64,000 nt of DNA from Bispira polyomma (Eukaryota): positions 25,296,001 to 25,360,000 of the forward strand of contig OZ287761.1 in assembly GCA_965649765.1 (NCBI GenBank), given 5' to 3'. A program made the position numbers and the translations under genes. Each line of letters begins with the position of its first letter. The stretch's first letter is position 1. Positions 34,361-47,660 of this stretch are shown here, piece after piece. The notes beneath the pieces were generated by a model that made no database searches, was not told the origin of the DNA, and saw only the letters and a list, made by a program, of their open reading frames with translations.

Positions 34361-35969
34361 GTTTTTACAAAGTAACAAAGAATTAGTTTTAAATATTGGT
34401 TGTATAGGTTACTTTAGTTATAATCTTTACTTTCCAAATGGGAGTCACTGAGAATGACAAAATAAAACAGAGCTTTGAAGTTAAATTTTGGTTAAATTTG
34501 GAATAAATCAATTTCATAAGATTTTATGATCAAATGGATTAGCTTATTATACGGTATGCCAAATGTAGTCATTAAAAACAATGGATACTTGTCGAGAAAA
34601 ATGAAGATATTTAGAGGAATCCGAGAGGGATGCCCAGTATCAGCAATTCTTTTTTATTTTAACAGTAATGTCAGCAATAAAAATAAGAGAAAGTAAAATT
34701 ATTGATTTCATGGTTTCTATTTTGTAAATAAATTAAATTAAGTCCTTTTCAAAAATAGCCAGACTAAATTTGAATTTAAATAAAACTAAAGGGATGTTAT
34801 TGGACTCATTACAAAATTCAAATTTAAAACATTTGAAAATATTAAATTTACTGATTCTCTAGTCAATTCTTAGTATATATATATTGGACATGATAAAAAA
34901 ATGTGTGAAGAATTAAATTGGAAAATATATGACGATGTATTGTAAATCCCCTGATGAAGGGTTGAATACCCTCACAAGTGTCCTTGTTGTATTGTGTTCA
35001 CAAAAAGGTAAATAGATAATCTTTCCCTCAGGGGGGAAAAAAGTAATCTGCAGTCTTGATGTAAGATTATTATTTTAGTAATATTATGAATTTTTACTGC
35101 GCTTTATTGTTGCTAGGCATCTAATAAAGCGCAACATCAGAATCATTGATCCAATCATTAAGTCCATGACCATAGCAAAGTTGTAAGGACGGAAGTGGGA
35201 GCATGCACGAGAGAAGCTAAGGTGGATAGGCTAGATTAAAGCTGAGGCATTTAAGTTAACAAAACAAAACTAGGTTTTTAGGTAGATTACATGTTGAATG
35301 GGGACTTGAAGATTAGAACTACAAATATTCAGGTATATTTTACTCCAACCAATGGGGTCTATAATGTTGTAAAAAATTATTAATAGGAAAAAATCTATCT
35401 GGCATGGCATTGTTTGGTCATTTGTGTGATGCACAAGATAAGTGTCAAAAAAAGCTAAACTATGTTTCAGGCAGGTCATCTAATGAGGGTGGGGTTAAGG
35501 TTACAACTACTAGAGTTTTTTTTTAGTGTACTATGGGTGTGGTGTTGTGGTTAACAGCCTTTGTTTATAGAAGTCAATTGACTCATCTGGCTAGGGGAGT
35601 GGAATGTAGGGTTTCACCATCATGCAGGCAGTGCATCATATGTCAGGGTTATTGACATAGAAAATATCACTGAGAGCTGGTTGGTGGGTAAAGTAAAAGC
35701 TGGGAAGAATTATCTCGGCTAAAATGGAATCGTGGTACAAAATTAACGGGTCACTCAACCTGAAGACTGGAGGAGTTCAACCTAAAGGAGAAAGAGGTAA
35801 GACAGACATTTGAGTATATTTGAGGAAATTTGAGTAAATGTCACCCAACAGCTGGATTAAAGCCCGCAGTAAGCTGAAAAGTGCTAGACAAATTCACATT
35901 TGTGACATTATAAGGTCAGTAAATGGTGGTAGAGTAGTTGATGATGTAAAGTAGGATAAAGTAGGTGTC

Positions 35970-36360
35970 TCAGTCAAATGGTGCAGGCATGTGGTTTGGT
36001 TCAAATGGCGTTATGTGGTTACTGAAAGTAACTTGGCCGCAGCCAAATGGTGTTTATATGTGGTTACTGAAAGTAACTTGGCCCCAGCCAAATGGTGTTT
36101 ATATGTGGTTACTGAAAGTAACTTGGCCCCAGCCAAATGGTGTTTATGTGGTTACTGTCAGTAATTTTGCCCCATTCAAATGGTGTTGACCATGTGATTT
36201 ACTGTTGGCAATTTGATCCCAGACAAATGGTGCAGGCATGTGGTTACTGAAAGTAATTTGGCCCCAGACAAATGGTGCAGGCATGTGGTTACTGAAAGTA
36301 ATTTGGCCCCAGCCAAAAAGAGTTGTGTGCTTTACTGTCAATAATTTTGCCCCAAGCAAT
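35970..36360. repeat. 45-bp minisatellite (tgtggttactgaaagtaacttggccccagccaaatggtgtttata)
   Basis: Tandem units; source of the MWLLKVTWPQPNGVY repeat ORF. Confidence 0.9.
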
Positions 36361-38609
36361 TGATTCAGAACAATATTGTTGCTCAAGTTTCATTACTATA
36401 AATGCAATGCTCTGTGCCCATAGTTACATGGTACTTACATAGTTACTGTTTAAAAGTTGTAAAATCTGCTCCCAGTGAAGAAATGGTGTCCATCCTTTCT
36501 GCCCCATTATAACGCATGATTGTTGATCACGCACATCTAAAACAATAGTGGACTGGGGGTAGAAAATTGTGCATTTTTCAGTTGAAAACGGTGAATTGCA
36601 GTAATTGGTCTACCAGTCAGGAGGGGTGTCCCATAGGGGAGGGATTGTGTACAATGGAACCCAATGGACAAGTAAAATACATCTACTTAAGTATGATTTC
36701 AAGTTAAAAGACAACATTTTGATATAAATAATGCGTTGAGCGGAGGGCGGGGGGGGGGGGGGGGTATTGGGTGGAGGGGAGGAGAATACAAATAGATTTC
36801 CAACTAAAGGGGAAATTCACTTATTTGAAGGGGTTGGACTGTATATAAACAATTTTCCAGTGGGCCCAAATGTGATGCGAGTAACTCCTATTTGTCAAAG
36901 TGACCAAGCCAAACTCGGTAGTTGTACTGGTGGTGGTTGAATGTCATCAAATTATCTGATGGTCAAACCTCAAATGGCAAGAATAATTTTTACCTCTATT
37001 TCAAAACAGATTTCAAGTGATTCAGTTTGACCTCCATTTTGGACTGTAAATGTACTTTTTGACTTGTATTTTATTTGCGGACATATTTTTTCAAACGAAA
37101 AAGTACTAAAAAGTCAAAGAAAGCTTTGAACATTTGGCGCATCCTCCTTATTAACTGGATCGATTGGAAAATCAAATAATTCAATGGACAATCACTTTTC
37201 CAATTCTCTTTTTTTTTGAAGTACCTGTTGAATTGTTTGACATCGTGTTCACAATTTTGTTTGTAAAACTGTCGGAAGTGCAGTGACAGCCTTTGTATTT
37301 TGTAATTTATTCATATTGTGTGTCCTACCTTTTTATTCCAAATGTTGCAGCAGTTGTTTGGGCTGAGGTGTGTAATGTATATTGATTGTGTATTATTGTT
37401 TACAGCTAATTTGTTTGGACGGTGTGTGTACAACAACAAAAGCTCCTGTTTGTTCATATTGGTGATTTTTTAAATCAGCTCCATATCACAATGGGGGAGA
37501 TTCGAGTTACAAGGGCAGGTAATTGGGGGGAAAATATAAACAGACCAATTTTGAATTGGCCAAATCTAATCTTTTATCACTCCAGGAAGTATAATTAAGT
37601 TGAGTTTGAAAGAATACTTTGGTTTAACCAAAAAGGACAAATAATATGAAGTTTGACCGAGACACGAGCAGCAGCATGTCAGGTCAAAAGGGGAAGTTTT
37701 TTACTAAAAAGTACTAACAAGTCTAAGAAAGCTTTGACCAAGGCTATCGGATGATTCGATAGTGCTCCATCAATGGCAGATGGTTGAGGGAGGGTGGGGG
37801 GGGGGGGGGACTGCAAACCCCAGCAAAATTGGTATAGCAACCAAAAACAAACCTAAATTTGACGTTATATGGTGGGGGAACCAAGTATTGCTATAAACAT
37901 AGAAACTTTGTGCACAACTAAACAATTTGGGGAGGTCAATCTCTAAAGGGGTCGTTTTGTCATGAGATTTTGAACATTTCTAAAGCTGTTCCAATATCTT
38001 GAACCAAGAACAGTGGTACCCAGGCACAGGTGTTTGTTATGGATGCATCTTAAAATTTTCAGAAGTTGAGAAACTGGCACAATTGTTAAATTAGCAATGG
38101 TGTCATTTGTGTGTGTGGCAGGATCATTTAAATGGTAAAGTTTAGTTGATTTTGATGGAGCAAAGTATATATATATGCGTCCCTAGTGAATATGGACTGG
38201 TACACACACACTGCCATTCTAAAAGGCTAATATTACAGTGTGTGTACCAGTTATGTTAACAAGCTGTCACACACAAGGTATGTCTAAGGCATTCAGTGTT
38301 TGAAAGTGAAGTGCGTGTAGGTGTGTGTTTGGGAATAGTCTCAGTCAAGATCTCGTCCAGGTGAAAAATGATGGTTTACACTTAAGAGACTTGGGTCACT
38401 ACTTTTATTAATATCTAATGAAGTAAAGCCCATGCTGCATGGGATCATATAGTCAGTGGTTACCTGGTTGGTTAGTGATCAAAGAATGGGAGAGTTGATT
38501 AGTGGACCAGTCGCTTTTGACTAAAGGCAATAGGGTACCGGCCCCTATTGCTCCTATTTGTGTTTGTAACATTGTCTGATTTTAAGTATCAAAGTGAGGG
38601 GCAAGTTTG

Positions 38610-38940
38610 TAAATGTGTAAGTATGTATGTAAATATTTATATATGTAAATTTTCTAAATATGTATGTATGTAAATTTTCTAAATATGTATGTAAATTTTC
38701 TAAATATGTATGTATGTAAATTTTCTAAATATGTATGTATGTAAATTCTGTAAATATATATATGTAAATTCTGTAAATATATATATGTAAATTCTGTAAA
38801 TTTATATATGTAAATTCTGTAAATGTATATATATACATATATGTAAATTCTGTAAATTTATATATGTAAATTCTGTAAATATATATATATACATATATGT
38901 AAATTCTGTAAATATATATATGTAAGTTGTAAATATGTAG
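38610..38940. repeat. AT-rich minisatellite (tatgtaaattctgtaaatata-like)
   Basis: Visible tandem units. Confidence 0.9.
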
Positions 38941-39113
38941 ATATTGTGTGCATGTAGAGTGTGTGTGTAGACTTGCTTTATGTAAAAATGTATGCATCTA
39001 CATGCATTTTGTTGGCAGTCAATTTAGAGATACACAAAGATGTGTAAGCCAAGTAGCAAGTATAGGTATAGAATGGTGTTGAGTGTGTGGCAGCTTGCAT
39101 TATTGTTGATTTA

Positions 39114-39253
39114 CAGTAGAACCTCTATTCTCTGAACAGGTTGGGAAACCCAGATTTATGTTTTGATAATAGGGCGAGAACAATAATCCAATGCCACATA
39201 ATTCATCAATTTGAATACTTGAATAGAAGTTTGGATAATAAAGGTTTCTACTG
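39114..39253. mobile_element. Tc1/pogo-like MITE (cagtagaacct TIR, TA TSD)
   Basis: ta|cagtagaacctct ... aggtttctactg|ta; relative at 56376-56552. Confidence 0.75.
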
Positions 39254-40555
39254 TATAATGGTAAAACTTGAGGTAATGAAAACAAATTTAAAAAAAAAAA
39301 AATGAAAAAAAAAAATGTAAAAAAAAAAGAAAACAAAGAAAAAAAGAATGAAAACAAAATTAAAATATGAAAAGATATGAAATAAAAAAAGACTTTTCTC
39401 CCTCTAAACCGTGAGGTGACCGTTTGTGCACGTCTGACCAATGTCACTCTCTTTTGTGCAGTGTTTAAGATGTTCTGTGGCTGTAAAGCTTCTATTTACA
39501 GGTTCACACTCTTAGAGGGCCAATAGGCAGAGCAAGGTAAGTGACAGTTTTTGTTAAGCAGTAAACCTTAACCAACTAACTACCCTGCACTGGGTTTCCT
39601 TCCCAACCGTCCACTGTCTGTTAGGATACAACCTAAAATGTGTTTGAAAACCATTATATGTATGTGGTAATGTTGGCAGTTGACTTACTGAAAGCTGGTT
39701 GTTTTTTTGCATGAAACCTTAATAAACTGCCCTGTAATGATTTCCTCTACCAGTGACCTGTCCATATGACCAGAAGACCTGTTTAGTAATGTTAAACCCC
39801 CCATTTAAATATAAACCTAATGGGTATATTTCCGAATACAGTTTAACAGTAATCTTGAAGAAAAATTAGTGTTTTGAGTTTAAGAACACTCCAATGACTC
39901 TGAAATTGCTAACAAATGGCTGATGGAATAGATATGTATAAAACAAATAGATATATAAACCTTATAAGATCGATTTTAATTCTTTGGTACTTCTTGATTG
40001 TAGGTGCCTAGATGTCTTGGAGATGTTTTAAAAAAAAAAAAAAAAAGTCTCCAAGGTCATAGAGGATGACAGCCACGTATATTACTGGTAAGGACACTGG
40101 ATTGAAGGTAGACTAAACATCTACTAAATAAAACTGTTTACTGCAACCTATGGTTGTGTATTGGCCCCGAGGGTACCTCCCAAGTTTACACTGACATGCT
40201 GAAGAGAGATTTGTTTTTGTTCTTTTGGCAAAATAATACTGAACACATGAATACATCCACGGGGTGAACATTCTTGGAACCAAAGCCAAATTATTCATGT
40301 TATAAAGACGCGTGTTCACTGGAGGTATGCTGCACAATTTACCAGTATCCTAATGGGTCTGAGAAAAAAGGGTTTCACTTTCAGTGGTTGTATTACTGTA
40401 CTTGATCTTGTAGATAGAACTTTTAACTGAATTCTAATTCAATATTTTTCCTTTAAGATTTCAGCATTTTTCAGTCTTTTTCTGTGAAAAGTTGTTTTAG
40501 ACTTTTTTAATATTAAATATTTGTATTTTGTAACTGTTTGTATCTACATCCACAG

Positions 40556-40843
40556 GCTTCCAGTGTGAACCTAATGCGGCAGAGGTTAGAGGTACCCCTC
40601 AAGAGTACCTATCCTTGTGACTCTGAATGATTTTGAGGTACCACTCCACTGGCTGAGGTACAGGAATATCATCCACACATGCAGTTGCCAATGGCTGACT
40701 ACATGCCAATGTCGCCACCCAAGACCCATATGCAAAGCTGTTATACCAGATGGTCATCAAGATGACACCATGTGTCCATGAGACCATCAAATGTGTACAG
40801 CTAAAGGGCAACTGCAACTGAGTGGACAGAGTACACGATACTG
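40556..40843 (+). pseudogene. 288-nt exon-like remnant with premature stops (copy A)
   Basis: tctacatccacag| acceptor and ctg|gtgagt donor; length is a multiple of 3; GC richer than flanks; stops in all frames. Confidence 0.45.
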
Positions 40844-42587
40844 GTGAGTCATCTAATCTGTTTGGTGTAAAAGCTAGTTTTGGTGTTTCAGTTCTTTACT
40901 GCATGACAAAATCATCTTTACAAGCACTAAGTTATTATCAAGTGGGTGTTTTTCTATGTTTAACATCTTGTATACAAAACCCTTTAAGTAGAATCCCTCA
41001 AGGGACCAGAAGAATTACCTCTAGATCAGCAGGACATTCACTTAAGATGGTATGTTTTAAAAGAAAATGCCATACTTCAACAGGTTTACTTCAACATAAC
41101 AGGAAAATTGACTTATCAGAGTTCCACTTGAAGGGGTTTGACTGTATATATTTATATATGTATGTATAGTGTATTGTGTTTACTGTATATTAGTGTTTTG
41201 TTCATTCAATGGGGTCGCTTAATTTGGCTCCTATCTCTGATGTCCTGGGTTTTAATCTCCCTTGTGTGTATTTGGGGAAATTAGCAGTTGACTTACTGAA
41301 GGTCGCTGGTTTTTGCAGGTTTAGAAAACCCAAACCAACAACTAACCTGTTGTGATTTGCTTCCATCAGTAAACTGTAGGGCACAGTTGCTATAGGGTCT
41401 GTCTTTAGTGGGTGAGGATTAGCTGTAAATCTCGGGAGTTTTTAATGCACGTGCAGATGCAGGAGCGTGTGCACAGTAGGTCTGGAGATTTCCCAGCAAT
41501 AGATAATCACAACTCAAAAACATAGACAGTTTTTGTTAAGCAGTAAACCTTAACCAACTACCCTGCACTGCTTCTTTACCAACCGTCCACTGTCAGGATA
41601 CAACCTAAAACGTGTTTGAAAACCATTACACGTATGTGGTAACCATTACATGTATGTGCTAATGTTGGCAGTTCATTTACTGAAGGATGGTTGTTTTTTT
41701 GCATAAAACCTTCATAAACTGCCCTGCAATGATTTCCTCTACCAGTGACCTGTCCATATGACCAGAATGTTGATAGTAAACTGCCCTGTAATGATTTCCT
41801 CTACCAGTGACCTGTCCATATGATCAGAAGACCTGTTGATAGTAATGTTAAACCCGCTATTTAAATATAGACCTGATGGGTATATTTCCGAATACAGTTT
41901 AACAGTAATCTTGAAGCAAAGTTAGTGTTTTGAGTTTAAGAACACTTCAATGACCTTGAAATTGCTAACAAATGGCTGATGGAATAGATATATAAACCTT
42001 TTGAGATCGATTTTAATTCTTTGGTACTTCTTGATTGTAGGTGCCTAGATGTCTTGTTGACGATGTTTAAAAAAAAAAGTCTCCAAGGTCATAGAGGATG
42101 ACAGCCACGTATATTACTGGTAAGGACACCGGGTTGAAGGTAGACTAAATGTCCACTAAATAAAACTGTTTACTGCAACCTATGGTTGTGTATTGTCCCA
42201 GAGGGTACCTCCCACGTTTACACCGACATGCTGAAGAGAGATTTGTTTCTGTTCTTTTGGCAAAATAACACTGAACACAAGAATATCTCTACGAGGTGAA
42301 CATTCTTGGAACCCCAGCCAAATTATTCATGTTATAAAGACGCGTGTTCACCGGAGATATGCTGCACATTTTACCAGTATCCTAATGGGTCTGAGAAAAA
42401 AGGGTTTCACTTTCAGTGGTTGTATTACTGTACTTGATCTTGTAGACAGAACTTTTAACTGAATTCTAATTCAATATTTTTCCTTTAAGATTTCAGCATT
42501 TTTCAGTCTTTTTCTGTGAAAAGTTGTCTTCGACTTTTTTAATATTAATCATTTGGATTTTGTAACTGTTTCTATCTACATCCACAG

Positions 42588-42875
42588 GCTTCCAGTGTGA
42601 ACCTAATGTGGCAGAGGTTAGAGGTACCCCTCAAGAGTACCTATCCTTGTGATTCTGAATGATCCTGAGGTACCACTCCACTAGCTGAGGTACAGGAATA
42701 TCATCCAGACATGCATTTGCCAATGGCTGATTACATGCCAATGTCGCCACCTAAGACCCATATGCAAAGCTGTTATACCAGATGGTCATCAAGATGAGAC
42801 CAGGTGTACATGAAACCATCAAATGTGTACAGCTAAAGGGCAGCTGCGACTGAGTGGACAGAGTACACAATACTG
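42588..42875 (+). pseudogene. 288-nt exon-like remnant with premature stops (copy B)
   Basis: Duplicate of 40556-40843 with the same splice sites and the same stops. Confidence 0.45.
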
Positions 42876-45800
42876 GTGAGTCATCTAATCTGTTTGGTGT
42901 AAAAGCTAGTTTTGGTGTTTCAGTTCTTTACTGCATGACAAAATCATCTTTACAAGCACTAAGGCATTATCAAGTCGGTGTTTTCCTATGTTTAATATCT
43001 TGGATACAGTTAACCGCTTGAAGTAGAACCCCTCAAGGGACCAGAAGAATTACCTCTAGATCAGCATTACACTCACTTAAGATGGTCGATTTTTAAAAGA
43101 AAATGCCATATTTCAACAGGTTTACTTCAACATAACAGGAAATTTGACTTATCAGAGTTCCACTTGAAGGGGTTTGACTGTATATATTTATATATATATA
43201 TATAGTATTTTGTGTGTACTGTATAGTAGTATTTTGTTCATTCAATGGGGTCGCTTAATTTGGCTCCTATCTCTGATGTCCTGGGTTTTAATCTCCCTTG
43301 TGTGTATTGGGGGAAATTAGCACTTGACTTGCTGAAGGTCGGTGGTTTTTGCATTTTTAGAAAACCTAGACCAACAACTAACCTGTTGTGATTTGCTTCC
43401 ATCAGTAAACTGTAGGGCACAGTTGCTATAGGGTCTGTCTTTAGTGGGTGAGGGTTGGCTGTAACTCTCGTGTGGTTTTAATGCACGTGCGCAAATGCGG
43501 GAGCGTGTGCACAGTAGGTCTGGGGATTTCCCAGCAATAGATAATCACAACTCGAAAACAGTGAGTTTGAATTTTTTTTTCAAATAAACTTCATGACGTT
43601 TGCAAAAGCACTGGTAATATAACAATAATATTTTGTAAAGCTGTGAGCGAAAATATAAAAGGTATCATTTACAGTGGAAGTGGTGTAATCTGACTTTCCT
43701 TTGATCAAATTTCGGTTCAAATTATAAAACTGATAACGATGAAACAAATTTGGGTTTATATACAATAGGCTGCGCCCAGACCGTATAATCTGTCCCTATT
43801 TTAGAGAGATTCCTTGCTGTTATTTTGACGATGGAATACACCAAAAGGAATAGAATGGCTACCATAAGCAAAATGTTGTAAATCAAAATCGGCATATATA
43901 GAGATAGAATCTGGTAAAAATAAATACATCCCCTCATTCCTAATATATGCTAGAATTGCCGATTTTCTGTTATTTCATGCCAATATGGTACATATCAATT
44001 AATATAAAATAAAAGCTGAATTAAACACTGGCTCAACTCTGTCGGCCATTTTATGTCGGGCAAAATTGAAAACATTTTGCTTCTGGTTACCGTTTTGTCC
44101 GTTTTAGTGTATTTCGCGGGGCAACACTTAGTCTTTTTCCTTATTTTCTTTTACCTTATTTTCAGACGACACAGTCTAGTGTAACAGGAGTGTGCCACAG
44201 ACACTGTGACATAGACAATTCAAAAGAGTTTGGGGAGTGGAATAGATTGGACAAATAAGAGCCATATGAAGGCAAAAGAACACTACTAAGAAAGAACAGT
44301 GTGTGTTCAGGACAGTGATTTAGACCACAGGATTAACAGAAACAGTATGTACAAAAGGAACACTTCACAGTTGGGGATATTAGGTCCAACAGTCTGCATT
44401 GTTTGTATATTTATATGATTTTTGTTTGTGAGACAACCAACCTAGAGAATGCAAGGGGGGATGGGGGGACTGACAGAACAAACTTTACAAAACTTCTATA
44501 CATAAATCTGAATATCTTTTTGTTTATCTTATAAACTTTAAAACCTACCGACTACTTGAAAACCTAGCAAAAAAAGCAAGTATTATTAGTTTGGTTGTCC
44601 AAAATGTGTTGGAAAAATGTCATTATTGATAATGTGTGTAATTTAAATTATAAAAAACAAGGCTATATATTCAAAACTGTCTTTTTTTTAAAAAAAGTGT
44701 TTTTGTTCAAACAAAAAATAATTACAATTTTATTCCATAACTATTAAAAGCAGTTTTTTCTATAGCCTTGTCTTTTCAGGTTCTCTGTTATTTTACACAC
44801 TTCAGCTCAGTTGCTGTAACTGTGCACCAAATTGTTCTGCAAAATAGTTCTAAAGCTGCACTTCAATGGTTGACATGTTTCTTGATCCACCAAAGTACAC
44901 TATTATTCCAAACAGTCAGTATATTCAGTACCATACCTTTTGGACAACAGTTTTGTGATCAATATTGGATTACTCCCCCCCCCCCCCCCCAAAAAAAAAT
45001 GTCATTTGTGGTTTGGCAATTGACACTTGAATAAGGCATCTCAACCGTTAGTCCCAGAAAAGGTTGACCATGTTTCTAGATATTTAGTGGCAACTCATAC
45101 AGGTTGTTGGGTTAAGTCAACTCCTGTATACTGGTAGAAGTGTGTCACTGCAATTCACTGATTGAGTTCATGATTGTGTGGAGATGGAGAAAAGGGGGCA
45201 GGAGGGAATAGAGATGACAATTATAGAGGTCTGGTGAATCTTAAACTCCAGTACAGAGTGGTATTGAGTGTGGTACTGTAAATTCACTGCAACATAGTCC
45301 CATGGTAGTGCGGTGATGGGGAGGCGGGGGGACAGGCCGACAATTGTATGTTGGGGTTAAGTTAACTCCAGTTTCCTGGTAGTGTGAGTGTGGTACTGAA
45401 CTAATGGGGGTTAATGATTTATATTGTAGGCTACAGTAACATCACACATGCATGCCCCTGTCTGTACAAGCCGTAATATATCAGTGGCTTTAACTGGTCT
45501 GTTGTATATGGTTCTAGTAAAATATACCTAATTTATCAACCCATAGATCACGAGACACACAGACCCACAACTGGCAAAGGTGAGTGGACTTAGATACATT
45601 ATCAGTTGAATGTGTAATTAGACCAAACACGCACAAAAGGAGAGATGCACATAAACATTACCAACTGGAGGCTGATGAAGGTAAAGGGAATATTCTTGCT
45701 GCTCGTTTATTGCAGGAGATAAAAATGGAGTTTCTAGGGTAGTCCGATAAAAGGGTAAACAATAGGCTAATAAGGTTGACCAAAAACTAGTGCTATGTTA

Positions 45801-45899
45801 GCAATGTCAGAAACCACACAAATGATGGATAATATGAAACTAAGTTAAAAGGGGCAGGTGAACTGGGTTATACTAGTCAAAAAGAAAAGGCTGCCTTGT

Positions 45900-46288
45900 C
45901 CTAAGTAGGGGTCAAAACTGGCCAATGTAACTAAGTAGGGGTCAAAACTGGCCAATGTAACTAAGTAGGGGTCAAAACTGGCCAATGTAACTAAGTAGGG
46001 GTCAAAACTGGCCAATGTAACTAAGTAGGGGTCAAAACTGGCCAATGTAACTAAGTAGGGGTCAAAACTGGCCAATGCAACTAAGCAGGGGGTCAAAACT
46101 GGCCAATGCAACTAAGTAGGGGGTCAAAACTGGCCAATGTAACTAAGTAGGGGTCAAAACTGGCCAATGTAACTAAGTAGGGGTCAAAACTGGCCAATGT
46201 AACTAAGTAGGGGTCAAAACTCGCCAATGTAACTAAGTAGGGGTCAAAACTCGCCAATGTAACTAAGTAGGGTCAAAACTGACCAATC
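45900..46288. repeat. 30-bp minisatellite (ctaagtaggggtcaaaactggccaatgtaa), ~13 copies
   Basis: Visible tandem units; source of the LASFDPYLVT repeat ORF. Confidence 0.95.
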
Positions 46289-46400
46289 AAGGATTATTCT
46301 TAGACTTGTATTAAAAAGTAAGGGCAGCAGTGGCCCAGTGTTTAGAATTGACTGCTCTGTAATCATTGGGCTCTGTCCAATGTGGGTTTGGAATCCTGTT

Positions 46401-47608
46401 TTGCTCTCCTGGGAAAACATTTACACCTAGCCTCCTAAAATTTACAGAAAATGCTCTTTACTACAAAACCTTGCCTGGGAGTAATTTTGACCTCATTTTG
46501 ACAAACAAGATGGCCACCATGGGTGTTTCTTTAAAAATAATTAGGCTTTAACTGTGTCTGTTTCTCAGCTGTAGAAGGTTAAATCTCTTTACGTGTGATA
46601 TGTTTAATGGATATATATTTCCTTCATAAGCATGCAGACAGACATTTGACCTTCAATCTCTTTATTAAAGGTCATCGACAGAGTGCCAAAGTACCCCAAA
46701 TGACCGATTTTGGCCAAACTTTCCGTAGTGCTTATATCTCGCTTAATATTGGTCCTAGAGGTTTGGGATCTGAAACAAACCTATAGGAAATTATGGGCTG
46801 AGAATCTTTTCATGTGGTCCAATTTGACCTTGGGCCCCTCATTCAAGGTTAAATGCAGATAGCCAAACTTAAAAGTGCCTATATCGCTTTTTATTGTTCC
46901 TAGAGGTTTAGGGTTTGAAACCAACCTATAGGAAATCATAAGCAGAGAATCATTTGATGAGCTCAGATTTGACCTTGGCCCTCTCCTTCAAGGTTTTTGA
47001 TCTCGCTTATTATTGGCTCGACAGGTTTGGAGTGCCAAACCAACCTATAGGAAATCATGGGCTAGGAATCTTCATGTACTCAGGTTTGACATTGGACCAC
47101 TCATTCAAGGTCAAACAAGGTATCCAAACTAAATATCGCTTCTTATTGGTCCTACAGGTTTGGAATATGAAAGCAACCTGTAGGAAATCGAGGCCTGGGA
47201 ATCTCTTGATGTGGGCCGATTTGACCTTTGGCCCCTCATTTAAGGTTAATCGTGGTCGTACTTAAATGTGCCTATATCTCACTTATTATTGGTCGTACAG
47301 GTTTGGTATGTGAAACCAATTGATTGGAAATCATGAGCTGCTAATCTTTCGCTGTGGTCAGATTTGACCTTGGTTCATTTCTGCAAAGTCAAACGGGTAG
47401 GCCAAACTTTAAAGTGCCCGTCTCACACTTATTGGTCCCACATGTTTGCAATGTAAAACCCACTTGTGCAATTTAAGGCTTTAGCATAAATGCCCTATAG
47501 GAAATCATAGGCTTCTAGCTTGGATCCTGGTTAGGGTGCTTGCTACCTAAGGTGCTTTGTCTTTCTGGTTGGTACAAATATGCATTGGTTCTCCGCGCTA
47601 GGTCTAGT
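46401..47608 (+). mobile_element. Helentron-like non-autonomous element (HINE), copy 3, inserted in a SINE
   Basis: Homologous to 29118-30075; ends gcattggttctccgcgctaggtCTAGtt; flanks gaatcctgtt / tctttatatgggaaagtttg rejoin into a SINE sequence. Confidence 0.85.
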
Positions 47609-47660
47609 TTCTTTATATGGGAAAGTTTGTTAGTAAATTGCTGTAGGTCAGTGGTCATTA

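Larger units (their letters stand above)
33275..34930 (+). pseudogene. Decayed L1/Tx1-type LINE ORF2 reverse-transcriptase fragments, interrupted by a SINE and other inserts
   Basis: DYKIL..RLQKVIHSI|PNQSAYIKIRYIG...LLNLDFENAFDTVEWDFVYKCL (33280-33790) and KWISLLY...NNGYLS...RGIREGCPVSAILF (~34530-34655) are non-LTR RT motifs. Confidence 0.8.
39543..43560. repeat. Recent tandem segmental duplication, ~2-kb unit (39543-41524 / 41525-43560)
   Basis: Both units start gacagtttttgttaagcagtaaacc and end ataatcacaactc.aaaaca; collinear throughout with scattered substitutions and small indels. Confidence 0.97.

Noticed and set aside
35117-35222. Apparent exon HLIKRNIRIIDPIIKSMTIAKL*
   Set aside because: Sequence is part of the dispersed repeat also found inverted at 47795-47884
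40556-40843. Multi-UGA selenoprotein interpretation of the duplicated exon
   Set aside because: No SECIS recognised, no Cys/Sec context, and CpG decay of CGA codons explains the TGAs more simply
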